Origin: an uncultured Pirellulales bacterium
GTDB lineage: Bacteria > Planctomycetota > Phycisphaerae > Sedimentisphaerales > SM23-30
Direction of reading: 5' to 3'
DNA: 64,000 nucleotides
Assembly: GCA_964580995.1 (NCBI GenBank)
Contig: CAZOMV010000007.1
Span: 11,096-75,095 of the forward strand
Shown here: positions 35,668-44,132 of the stretch, piece by piece
How positions within the stretch are numbered: position 1 is the stretch's first letter
Layout of the letters: the number at the start of each line of letters is the position of its first letter
Notes under the pieces: model-generated
What the model was told of the DNA's origin: nothing
The model's database searches: none
Seen by the model: only the letters and a program-made list of their open reading frames with translations
Translations under genes and position numbers: made by a program

Positions 35668-38505
35668 ATGACGGAACATTATATACAGATACGCGGGGCG
35701 AAAGAGCACAATCTCAAGTCGGTGGATGTGGCGATCCCGCGCGATCAACTGGTGGTGATTACGGGCCTGAGCGGCTCGGGCAAGAGTTCGCTGGCCTTCG
35801 ATACGATCTACGCGGAGGGCCAGCGGAAGTATGTGGAGTCGCTGTCGGCGTATGCCCGCCAGTTTCTGGAGCAGATGCAGAAGCCCGACATCGAAAGCAT
35901 CGAAGGGCTGCCGCCCACCATTGCCATCGATCAGCGCGGCGGCGGCCACAATCCCCGCTCGACGGTGGCGACCACGACGGAGATTTACGATTACCTGCGG
36001 CTGCTGTTTGCCCGGGTCGGCAAGCCGCACTGCTGCATTTGCGGCAAGCCGATCCAGACCCAGCACGCCGGGCAGATTACCGATGCCCTGCTGGCGGAGC
36101 CGGAAGGGACGCGGGTGCAGATCTGTGCCCCGCTGATTCGCGGCCAGAAGGGCGAGCACAGCGACGTTCTCAAACGGATACAGCGGGAGGGATTTATCCG
36201 CGCGCGGGTGGACGGCCAGTTGTACGATGTGAAGGATATCCCCGCGCTGGACCGCAAGCGGGCGCATAGCATCGAGGCGGTGGTGGACCGGCTGGTTTTG
36301 AAGCCGGCGATCCGGCCGCGGCTGGCGGATTCGGTGGAGATTGCCCTGAAGCTGGGCGAGGGGCTGCTGCTGGTGCTGAAGGAGGCTAAGGCGGGTGTCT
36401 GGGAGGAGGTCTATTACAGTGAAAATTATGTCTGTCTGGATCATCCGGAAGTATCCATGCCGGAGCTCTCGCCGCGCTGTTTCAGCTTCAACAGTCCCTA
36501 CGGGGCCTGCCGCAGTTGCGACGGGCTGGGGACGATCCTGGAATTTGACCCGGATTTGATTGTGCCGGATCCGAATGTCTCGCTGACGGAAGGGGCCATC
36601 GACGCCTGGCGCAAGGGCGGCAAACGGATGAACATCTTTTACAATCGCCTGATTCGCCGTTTCTGCCGGGAGTATGATATCAGCCCGGATACGCCGTTTA
36701 AGAATATCCCGGCGGCGGTCCGCAAAATTCTGCTCTACGGCAGCGGGGAGGGTGAGGACGGTGTGGGTTTTGAAGGGGTCATTCCGAATCTGACCCGGCG
36801 TTTTCAGAACACCGACAGCGAGTTCGTCAAGGCCCGACTGCACGGGTTTTTGTCGGAGCATCCCTGCCGGGACTGCAACGGGGCGCGGCTGCGGCCGGAA
36901 TCGCTGGCGGTGCTGATTAACGGCAAGAATATTTGGGATATTACCCAGATGAGCATCACCGAAGCCCATGCGTTTTTTGCGAATATCGAATTATCCCCGC
37001 AGGATCAGGAGATTGCCCGGCTGATTTTGAAGGAAGTGCGGCATCGGCTGGAGTTCATGCTGAATGTGGGCCTGGACTATCTGACGCTCAACCGGATCAG
37101 CGGCACGCTCTCCGGCGGCGAGGCCCAGCGGATTCGGCTGGCGACGCAGGTGGGTTCCGCGCTGGTGGGGGTGTGCTACGTGCTGGATGAACCCTCCATC
37201 GGGCTGCATCACCGCGACAATCAGCGGCTGATCCGGACCATGCGGCATTTGACGGACCTGGGCAATACGGTGGTGGTGGTCGAGCATGACGAGGATACCA
37301 TCCGCGCCGCCGATCATGTGATCGACATGGGGCCGGGGGCCGGCGTGCACGGCGGCGAAATTGTGGCCCAGGGGAAAATCGAGGATATTCTCGCCGAACC
37401 CCGCTCACTGACCGGACGCTATTTTTCCGGGGAGCGGCAGATACCACTGCCCGAGAAACGCCGGAAGGTGAATCTCAGCTACTGCCTGCAGGTGGCCGGC
37501 GCCCAGCAGAACAATCTGAAAGACATTGACGTGAAGTTTCCGCTGGGAGTGTTTGTGTGTGTGACGGGGGTGAGCGGTTCGGGCAAGAGTTCGCTGGTGA
37601 ATCAGGTGCTGCTGCCGGCGGTGCGGCGGAAACTGTATAACGGGCGGGAAAAGCAGGGCAAATTCCAGAAGCTGCTGGGGACCAGCCGCATCGACAAGGT
37701 CATCCAGATCGACCAGAGCCCCATCGGCCGCACGCCCCGCTCCAACCCGGCCACCTATACCGGGGTCTTCGATCTGATCCGCCAACTGTTCAGCAAGACC
37801 CGCGAGGCGAAGATCCGCGGCTACACGCCCGGCCGCTTCAGCTTTAACGTAAAAGGGGGACGGTGTGAATATTGCCAGGGCCAGGGAACGCGCAAAATCG
37901 AGATGCACTTTTTGCCCGATGTGTATGTGGTGTGCGATCAGTGCAAGGGAACCCGCTACAACCGCGAAACGCTGGAGATCAAATACCGCGGCAAAAACAT
38001 CGCCGATGTGCTGGACATGCACGTCGAAGAATCGCTGAGCTTCTTCGAAAATTTCCCCAAAATAAAACAGATGCTGCGGACCCTCTACGACGTGGGGCTG
38101 GGGTACATGACGCTGGGGCAGGCCTCCACCACCCTCAGCGGCGGCGAGGCCCAGCGGGTCAAACTGGCCACCGAACTGGGCAAGGCCAGCACCGGCCATA
38201 CCCTCTACGTGCTGGATGAGCCGACCACCGGCCTGCATATCGCCGACATTCACAACCTGCTCACGGTCCTGAACCAACTGGTCGAGATGGGCAATACCGT
38301 CATCGTCATCGAGCACAATCTGGACGTGATTAAAATGGCCGATTATATCATCGACCTGGGACCCGAAGGCGGCGAGGGCGGCGGGCAGATCGTCGCCGCC
38401 GGCAGCCCGGAAGAAATCAGCCGGATGGCGCAAAGCTTTACGGGACAGTTTTTAATAAGCAAACTCCGGCCTGAAGACCGGGAAAAAACGAAAAAAAATA
38501 AATGA
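35668..38505 (+). CDS. uvrA: Excinuclease ABC subunit A
   Basis: 945 aa beginning IQIRGAKEHNLKSVDVAIPRDQLVVITGLSGSGKSSLAFDTIYAEGQRKYVESLSAYARQFL. It has two ABC modules (LSGGEAQR twice), zinc-finger Cys clusters, and YVLDEPTTGLH. Confidence 0.98.
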   Translation: MTEHYIQIRGAKEHNLKSVDVAIPRDQLVVITGLSGSGKSSLAFDTIYAEGQRKYVESLSAYARQFLEQMQKPDIESIEGLPPTIAIDQRGGGHNPRSTVATTTEIYDYLRLLFARVGKPHCCICGKPIQTQHAGQITDALLAEPEGTRVQICAPLIRGQKGEHSDVLKRIQREGFIRARVDGQLYDVKDIPALDRKRAHSIEAVVDRLVLKPAIRPRLADSVEIALKLGEGLLLVLKEAKAGVWEEVYYSENYVCLDHPEVSMPELSPRCFSFNSPYGACRSCDGLGTILEFDPDLIVPDPNVSLTEGAIDAWRKGGKRMNIFYNRLIRRFCREYDISPDTPFKNIPAAVRKILLYGSGEGEDGVGFEGVIPNLTRRFQNTDSEFVKARLHGFLSEHPCRDCNGARLRPESLAVLINGKNIWDITQMSITEAHAFFANIELSPQDQEIARLILKEVRHRLEFMLNVGLDYLTLNRISGTLSGGEAQRIRLATQVGSALVGVCYVLDEPSIGLHHRDNQRLIRTMRHLTDLGNTVVVVEHDEDTIRAADHVIDMGPGAGVHGGEIVAQGKIEDILAEPRSLTGRYFSGERQIPLPEKRRKVNLSYCLQVAGAQQNNLKDIDVKFPLGVFVCVTGVSGSGKSSLVNQVLLPAVRRKLYNGREKQGKFQKLLGTSRIDKVIQIDQSPIGRTPRSNPATYTGVFDLIRQLFSKTREAKIRGYTPGRFSFNVKGGRCEYCQGQGTRKIEMHFLPDVYVVCDQCKGTRYNRETLEIKYRGKNIADVLDMHVEESLSFFENFPKIKQMLRTLYDVGLGYMTLGQASTTLSGGEAQRVKLATELGKASTGHTLYVLDEPTTGLHIADIHNLLTVLNQLVEMGNTVIVIEHNLDVIKMADYIIDLGPEGGEGGGQIVAAGSPEEISRMAQSFTGQFLISKLRPEDREKTKKNK

Positions 38506-38587
38506 TCGCCAAATTTATTTGTGCGATTGCGTTTTCTTCCTTACTGGTAAATCGGTGAATCAAAGGCAAGAGGCTCTTTTCTTACTC

Positions 38588-39379
38588 CTATTTTAGCGCC
38601 TCCTTCATCCTGCCGATAAACCGCGCCAGCTCCCCCCGCCCGTGATCCGCCGCCGCCAGATTCTCCTCGATAATCTTCACCACCGCCGAGCCGACAATCA
38701 CCCCGTCCGCCCCCGCCGCCGCCAGCTCCCGGCCATGCTCCGGCTTGCTCACCCCGAACCCCACGCACACCGGCACCGCCGTCATCCCCTTCAGCGACCG
38801 GATCAGCGGCACCACCGCGCTGCCCAGCTCGCTCCGCGCCCCCGTCACTCCCATCGTCGAAACCGTATAAATAAACCCGCTGCACAGCTCCGCGATCCGC
38901 TTCTTCCGCCCCTGGCTGGTATTGGGTGTCACCATATACACCGAGTCCAAGCCATTCGCCTGCCGCAACCCCTCCACCTCCTCCGCGTCATCAATGCACA
39001 AATCCGCCACCAGCACGCTGTTCACCCCCGCCTGCGCCGCCGCCCGGTAAAACCGCTCCCGCCCGTACTTGCAGATCAGGTTATAATACATCAGCAGCCC
39101 CACCGGAATATCCCGGTACGCCTTCACCCGCCCGATCAGCTCGAACGCCTTATCGCAATTCATCCCCGCCTCCAGCGCCCGGATATCCGCCTTCTGAATC
39201 GTCGGCCCGTCCGCGATCGGATCGCTGAACGGGATCCCCAGCTCCAGCACATCCGCCCCCGCGTCTATCGCCGCCTTCATCAGCTCCAGCGAAACCTCCG
39301 CCGTCGGGTCCCCCAGCACAAAAAACGGAATCAGCGCCGCTCCCTGCTTCGCCGCAAACACCTCGCGATAACTCTTCAT
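38588..39379 (-). CDS. trpA: Tryptophan synthase alpha chain
   Basis: Sequence [11 protein letters not shown]...[22 protein letters not shown]...VGFGVS. Overlaps the trpB stop (39376-39379). Confidence 0.95.
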   Translation of the reverse strand: MKSYREVFAAKQGAALIPFFVLGDPTAEVSLELMKAAIDAGADVLELGIPFSDPIADGPTIQKADIRALEAGMNCDKAFELIGRVKAYRDIPVGLLMYYNLICKYGRERFYRAAAQAGVNSVLVADLCIDDAEEVEGLRQANGLDSVYMVTPNTSQGRKKRIAELCSGFIYTVSTMGVTGARSELGSAVVPLIRSLKGMTAVPVCVGFGVSKPEHGRELAAAGADGVIVGSAVVKIIEENLAAADHGRGELARFIGRMKEALK

Positions 39380-40569
39380 CGGGCACCTCCTTCAATCGAC
39401 TCCGGCCGGTACTTGATAAACGCATCCACATCCTTGTCCCCGCGCCCGCTCAGGTTAATCACAATCACATCATCCTTCTTAAACTTCCCCGCCTGACTCA
39501 CCACCCATGCCACCGCGTGCGTACTCTCGAACGCCGGGATAATCCCCTCCTTCCGCGTCAAAAACAAAAACACCTCCAGCACCTCCTCATCCGTCGCCCC
39601 CACATACTCCGCCCGCCCGCTATCCTTCAGCATACTATGCTCCGGCCCCACCCCCGGATAATCCAGCCCCGCGCTCACCGAATGCGACTCGATCACCTGC
39701 CCATTCTCGTCCTGCAAAAGATACGACCGCGCCCCGTGCAGCACCCCCACACTGCCCTTCTGCAGCGTCGCCGCGTGCTTGCCCGTCTCCAGCCCATACC
39801 CCGCCGCCTCCACCCCCACCAGCCGCACCCCCTGATCCTCAATAAACCCCGCAAACATCCCAATCGCATTGCTCCCCCCGCCCACGCACGCCGTCACCAC
39901 GCTCGGCAGCCGCCCCAGCTTCTCCAGACACTGCCGCCGCGTCTCATCCCCGATCACCCGCTGAAAATGCCGCACGATCATCGGATACGGATGCGGACCC
40001 GCCGCCGTCCCGAACAGATAAAACGTATCATCCACATGCGCTGTCCAATACCGCAGCGCATCATTAATCGCGTCCTTCAGCGTCCCGCTGGCCCCCGTTA
40101 CCGGCACCACCTCCGCCCCCAGCAGCTTCATCTTCTGCACATTCGGCCGCTGCCGCTCGATATCCGTCACCCCCATGAAAATCTTCACCTCCATCCCCAT
40201 CTTGGCCCCGATCGTCGCCGTCGCCAGCCCGTGCTGCCCCGCCCCCGTCCCGGCGATCAGCTTCTGCTTGCCCATATACTTCGCCAGCAGCCCCTGCCCC
40301 CGCGTATTGTTCCGCTTATGCCCACCCCCGTGCATCAAAACCTCCCGCTTCAAATACCCCTCCGCCCCCACCCGCTCGCTCAGCGCCCCGCTGCGATACA
40401 GCGGCGTCGGCCGGCCCGCATAGTCCGTCAGCAGCTCCCCCAGCTCCCGGCAAAATCCCGCATCCCCGCGATACCGCTCAAACGCCGCCTCCATCTCTTC
40501 CAACGCCGGCATCAGCACCTCCGGCACATAATAACCCCCATACTCACCATATCTTCCTTTACTCTTCAT
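39376..40569 (-). CDS. trpB: Tryptophan synthase beta chain
   Basis: Sequence [13 protein letters not shown]...GRPTPLY...HGGGHKRNN (PLP lysine context)...AGTGAGQHG...GGGSNAIG...[27 protein letters not shown] lies upstream. Confidence 0.95.
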   Translation of the reverse strand: MKSKGRYGEYGGYYVPEVLMPALEEMEAAFERYRGDAGFCRELGELLTDYAGRPTPLYRSGALSERVGAEGYLKREVLMHGGGHKRNNTRGQGLLAKYMGKQKLIAGTGAGQHGLATATIGAKMGMEVKIFMGVTDIERQRPNVQKMKLLGAEVVPVTGASGTLKDAINDALRYWTAHVDDTFYLFGTAAGPHPYPMIVRHFQRVIGDETRRQCLEKLGRLPSVVTACVGGGSNAIGMFAGFIEDQGVRLVGVEAAGYGLETGKHAATLQKGSVGVLHGARSYLLQDENGQVIESHSVSAGLDYPGVGPEHSMLKDSGRAEYVGATDEEVLEVFLFLTRKEGIIPAFESTHAVAWVVSQAGKFKKDDVIVINLSGRGDKDVDAFIKYRPESIEGGAR

Positions 40570-40596
40570 AATTTTTCACCTTTCCTGCCTTCACGC

Positions 40597-40636
40597 AAAA
40601 AAAAACCGCCGCCTAACTCTCCATCAGGCCGCGGTT
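40597..40636 (-). terminator. Intrinsic terminator inside the trpB leader (attenuator)
   Basis: Minus-strand RNA reads AACCGCGGCC-UGAUGGAGAGUUA-GGCGGCGGUU. Nine of ten stem pairs form. It runs into a U-tract (9 T in total, plus-strand A-run 40597-40605) that ends 27 nt before the trpB ATG. Confidence 0.7.
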
Positions 40637-40663
40637 ATCTATCTTCTCAATACAAAATGGCTC

Positions 40664-40729
40664 CTATTCCCCGGACCTTTCTGGCCGCTGACCTCGCCAC
40701 CACCACTTCGTATTTCTCACTATTTTCAT
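40664..40729 (-). CDS. trp leader peptide (21 aa, MKIVRNTKWWWRGQRPERSGE) with three consecutive Trp codons
   Basis: My own translation of the minus strand: ATG 40729, TGG TGG TGG at 40697-40705, TAG at 40664-40666. It lies between the promoter and the terminator hairpin. Too short to appear in the ORF track. Confidence 0.65.
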   Translation of the reverse strand: MKIVRNTKWWWRGQRPERSGE

Positions 40730-40765
40730 CTCACCGAATACCTTAAAATACCATTATTTACACCC

Positions 40766-40794
40766 ATTTAACCATATCCCCTCCCCTTTGTCAA
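40766..40794 (-). promoter_or_regulatory. sigma70-type promoter of the trp leader/trpBA (TTGACA-17-TTAAAT)
   Basis: On the minus strand, TTGACA (40789-40794) is followed by a 17-nt spacer and TTAAAT (40766-40771). This sits about 35 nt upstream of the leader ATG. Confidence 0.5.
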
Positions 40795-40933
40795 ATAAAT
40801 TTCATCATTATGCTAATACATTCTGTTTCGTTAAAGCGTTAACTCCAAAATACTTAAATCAAGATAATATCTGCTATTCACCGATTTTTTAGATAACAAC
40901 CAAAGATAATAAATTCAGAATTATATAGGATCT

Positions 40934-41590
40934 CTATTCTTGCCAGGGGAAAGGTTTAATAGTTTCTTGCTTTAAATTTGAGTACTCATCAAACTCTTCC
41001 TTAGTTAATGTATACCATTCATCATAAGGATAACGTCTAAAAAACTGAGCCATTGTTTCTCTAAAATGTTCCGTAGCCATATCATTAAGGCGGCACACAC
41101 GATGTTTTTTCAACGACTCCAAATCAACACGTTTGATACGCAAGATAATACGAAAATCAACTGCTCTCCTATCATTAAAAGAAAATTGTGAATCGGCAGG
41201 CAAATAGAACAATCGCAAGTTGTCATGAGAATGTTTTGTAATTAATGACTGCCACTTTTTGGGTGTACTAGGTGGATCTATACCTAATACATCCAAATAG
41301 TTATCTATTTGACAAAGACAAATATATTCACCTCTCATATTGTCACAATTTTGTGTGATGACAATCGCATCAACCGATTTCATTGGTAAAACTGCTGTAA
41401 CTGCGGTGGAATCCCCGTTCTCGACAAGTAAATCTCGCCACGTTGTTTTACGCAGCAGATCATTTTCATCAATAATAGCCATTGATGAAAGCGAAAAATC
41501 TACACGAGGTACCCCTCGAAAGATATGCCCTTGCCTAATTGGGATTTCAATGTCGATCTTTTCGTAAATCATATTACCCCTAATTATCAT
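40934..41590 (-). CDS. Hypothetical protein (218 aa), third gene of the AT-rich cassette
   Basis: AT-rich ORF that overlaps the upstream gene by 11 nt. The alternative start ATG 41572 has AGGGG 5 nt upstream. Notable motifs are PIRQGHIFRGVP and AIVITQNCDN. No family recognised. Confidence 0.65.
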   Translation of the reverse strand: MIIRGNMIYEKIDIEIPIRQGHIFRGVPRVDFSLSSMAIIDENDLLRKTTWRDLLVENGDSTAVTAVLPMKSVDAIVITQNCDNMRGEYICLCQIDNYLDVLGIDPPSTPKKWQSLITKHSHDNLRLFYLPADSQFSFNDRRAVDFRIILRIKRVDLESLKKHRVCRLNDMATEHFRETMAQFFRRYPYDEWYTLTKEEFDEYSNLKQETIKPFPWQE

Positions 41591-41999
41591 TTTCCCAGAG
41601 GCTTATTAGATATTTGGTTTCCGCATTACGTTCTTCTCTCAATCGTTTTTCAGTTTCAGTCAAAATTCGCAGGGCAAGTGCTCGGGCCTGAGCTAGGCTA
41701 ATAGGTATTCCACTTTGTTTTCGTATTGACCAAACTAAGGATGAAGCCCCGGATCGTCTAAGTTCACTGCGAGGATCAATATAACCAAGAGGAATTGTTG
41801 AAACGGTAATAGCTAAAACCCACTTTCCGATATTCCCACACAAACGAGAGAGTGTAGATTGCGATAAAGCAGTATAATCAACCTTAGGAGATATATCAGA
41901 ATGCATCTCGATTATCGTCTTCTTATCTATATCATTTGTTGTTGCTGTATACGACGTTGAGAACTCATATCTGATTTTGCTATATGTTTGATTATCCAT
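41580..41999 (-). CDS. Hypothetical small protein (139 aa), second gene of the AT-rich cassette
   Basis: ATG 41999 overlaps the upstream stop by 8 nt (ATGGATAA). There is one moderately hydrophobic stretch, GKWVLAITVSTIPLGYI. The C-terminal helix is Arg/Glu-rich. No family recognised. Confidence 0.6.
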   Translation of the reverse strand: MDNQTYSKIRYEFSTSYTATTNDIDKKTIIEMHSDISPKVDYTALSQSTLSRLCGNIGKWVLAITVSTIPLGYIDPRSELRRSGASSLVWSIRKQSGIPISLAQARALALRILTETEKRLREERNAETKYLISLWENDN

Positions 42000-42795
42000 T
42001 TTTTTCCCTAAATGATTCTAAAAGTTCGCCTTTACATAATGTAAAAAACCATTTTTCTGCAATTTCGTGAGCAGATGATATCCATCCATCAAAATCTTTC
42101 TCTTTATTTGGCGTATCATTTTCTTTTGATGATATAGTTGTTTCAAAAATAATTGCTGGTTTGTCCTCTTGGTATCCATTGGCGAAATTTATAATTCCCA
42201 CACCCTTAGGATTTGACAAAGGAATCGTTAAGTTAAGCATTAAACCCGAGGGAACGTTATCCTTTTCAAAATCACCAAAAAGGTCATAATCTATAGACAC
42301 TTTTGTATGCAAATATTTATCCAGAAATGTTATTGGATCAGTCTTTTCTCTATCATACAGTACCGCATTAATGTATCTAAGCTTAACCTCTACTGGCTTG
42401 AAGAGATGAATGTCAGATGGATACGATTCATATATTGCGTGTATCGCTATTTGAATATGTTTTTTAAAAGTGTCCCATTTATAATCTTGAGTTTCATTCA
42501 CTGTAAGAATACCTGGTCCAAGTTGTGATAGTGGCCATCGATCAAAATCTCTACGAAATTGATGTCTTACAACATTTGCGGTCAGTTCTTCTGGAACACG
42601 TGCTGAAGGGAGATCTATTATTTTAGGGTATTTTTCGCGAACATGGTCATAGTAACGCCCTAATGCAATTCGAAATCCAGGATCATGTGGAGGGAGATTA
42701 GGAGATTGTTCCAGTTCCCAATGGAGTTCAAATATGGCTTCAACCAAAGGCTTATTATTAAGTTCACAAGGGGTAGGAATATTATCGCTTAGCAT
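41992..42795 (-). CDS. TIGR04255-like uncharacterised protein (267 aa), first gene of the AT-rich cassette
   Basis: The N-terminus ...ELNNKPLVEAIFELHWE... and the ~270-aa length match my recollection of the TIGR04255 family; this is not verified. GGAG lies 10 nt before ATG 42795. Confidence 0.65.
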   Translation of the reverse strand: MLSDNIPTPCELNNKPLVEAIFELHWELEQSPNLPPHDPGFRIALGRYYDHVREKYPKIIDLPSARVPEELTANVVRHQFRRDFDRWPLSQLGPGILTVNETQDYKWDTFKKHIQIAIHAIYESYPSDIHLFKPVEVKLRYINAVLYDREKTDPITFLDKYLHTKVSIDYDLFGDFEKDNVPSGLMLNLTIPLSNPKGVGIINFANGYQEDKPAIIFETTISSKENDTPNKEKDFDGWISSAHEIAEKWFFTLCKGELLESFREKNG

Positions 42796-43153
42796 ATTCG
42801 AAACTCCAGATTCAATCTATTTCTAGCTGATAATCACTATCATGATTAATAATCGGTCAGACCAGAATATTAAAAACCCAAATTATTATTTATCTTATCA
42901 AACAAACAACTGAATCACCTAATTATTTACACAAAACCTTCGGATATTTTCAGAAACTCAGAAACCATGGAGACAAACCTATAAATTTTAAGTTTAACCG
43001 GATTGTAACCATTTTTCAAACATAATTTTACAGAAAATTTTATCTTTAATTGATAAAGTTCATGCAAATCCCTTATAATAGATATAAATGGAAATTTTCT
43101 TGGTCAATATGATCCCTTCATATAACACCATCTCGTCATTGAAAGCGTCAACC

Positions 43154-43196
43154 ACGGGGGAAACCGGTGTTCCATGCGCCCGAGCCGAACCTGCCT
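43154..43196. repeat. Partial copy (core only) of the ~175-nt intergenic repeat
   Basis: The sequence cacgggggaaaccggtgttccatgcgcccgagccgaacct matches the cores at 45880-45920 and 46455-46495. Confidence 0.7.
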
Positions 43197-43232
43197 GCAA
43201 ATCACAGATTCCTAACAACCAAAAGAGAGCAG

Positions 43233-44132
43233 TTAAGACTGCGAATCAGGCAGAATGGACTCTACGCCTCCGGAAGGCACTTCCGCTTTGGCGGTCCAGA
43301 GGATCGCATTCAGCATCATCCGGCGCAGATCGTCCAACTGCCAATTGCTGTGAAAATGCCCGCCGGTAAAGGCAAAGCCGCGCCCCCCATCCGCACGCTG
43401 CACCGCCCAGGCCACCGTTTGCATATCCGGCTCACCCGGAATTGGCGTGGCAAGAATCGCAGTCACGCGAGGATCATCCGGCAGGAACCGGATATTATAG
43501 TAATATTCCTCTTCGAGTTCGAAGGGCGCCAGCCCCCGCGCGATGGGATGATCCGGTGACGGCAACTGAGTCATGGTTCGGGCAAATTGAATCTTGGAGT
43601 ACCAATTTTTGGGGCCGGTACCATTTTCGTAGTCAAAATAGCCGCCCACCCAGTCCAAAAATTGAGGACCGGCGGTCTGGCTGGGAACAATGATGGAATA
43701 ATGGATCACGACCAGTCCGCAGCCGCGCCGCATCTGTTTTGCGATGCACTGCATCCGGTCATCGACCAGAAACGGATGCCTGGTTAGTTCCCCGTCACTG
43801 CCGTCACTGAACAGGACTATCGTATCAGCATCATTGAGGGTGGCGGCGTCCTCCGGCCAGCCATTGGTATATAGCTCTGTTTTGATGTTACCGGCCTCGG
43901 GCATCCTCTCCAGGCAGGACTGAAAAAGACGCAGGCCTTTTTCATATTCGTGGTCTCCGGGGCCGTGACTTTTTTCTCCCGCCAGAAAGACGACCTTTAC
44001 GGGTTGGTTCATGAGACCGGATTTTGAGCAGCCACAACCGCAAACCACGATCACCGCCCCCCAAAACAGCAACCGTGCGAGATGTCGAATGGAAGTCATC
44101 TGCTGAGGATCCTTTCTGACTACAATTCCCAT
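43233..44132 (-). CDS. ThuA-domain lipoprotein (trehalose-utilisation protein A-like)
   Basis: Lipobox AVIVVCGCGCS. ThuA-like blocks: VVFLAGEKSHGPGDHEY, DADTIVLFSDG, GLVVIHYS, FAFTGGHFHSNW. The start is ATG 44132 (13-nt overlap with the upstream gene) or ATG 44099. Confidence 0.8.
   Translation of the reverse strand: MGIVVRKDPQQMTSIRHLARLLFWGAVIVVCGCGCSKSGLMNQPVKVVFLAGEKSHGPGDHEYEKGLRLFQSCLERMPEAGNIKTELYTNGWPEDAATLNDADTIVLFSDGSDGELTRHPFLVDDRMQCIAKQMRRGCGLVVIHYSIIVPSQTAGPQFLDWVGGYFDYENGTGPKNWYSKIQFARTMTQLPSPDHPIARGLAPFELEEEYYYNIRFLPDDPRVTAILATPIPGEPDMQTVAWAVQRADGGRGFAFTGGHFHSNWQLDDLRRMMLNAILWTAKAEVPSGGVESILPDSQS

Noticed and set aside
35620-36969. 449-aa minus-strand ORF, together with the 342-aa ORF at 37405..38433
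   Set aside because: Both lie entirely antisense to uvrA, whose identity is unambiguous. Their composition is Arg/Pro/Ala/Gln-rich, typical of shadow ORFs in GC-rich DNA.
39517-40746. 409-aa plus-strand ORF, together with the ORF at 38642..39496
   Set aside because: Both are antisense to trpB/trpA. Their extreme Pro/Arg/His/Leu low complexity is produced by the C-rich plus strand, and no family features are present.
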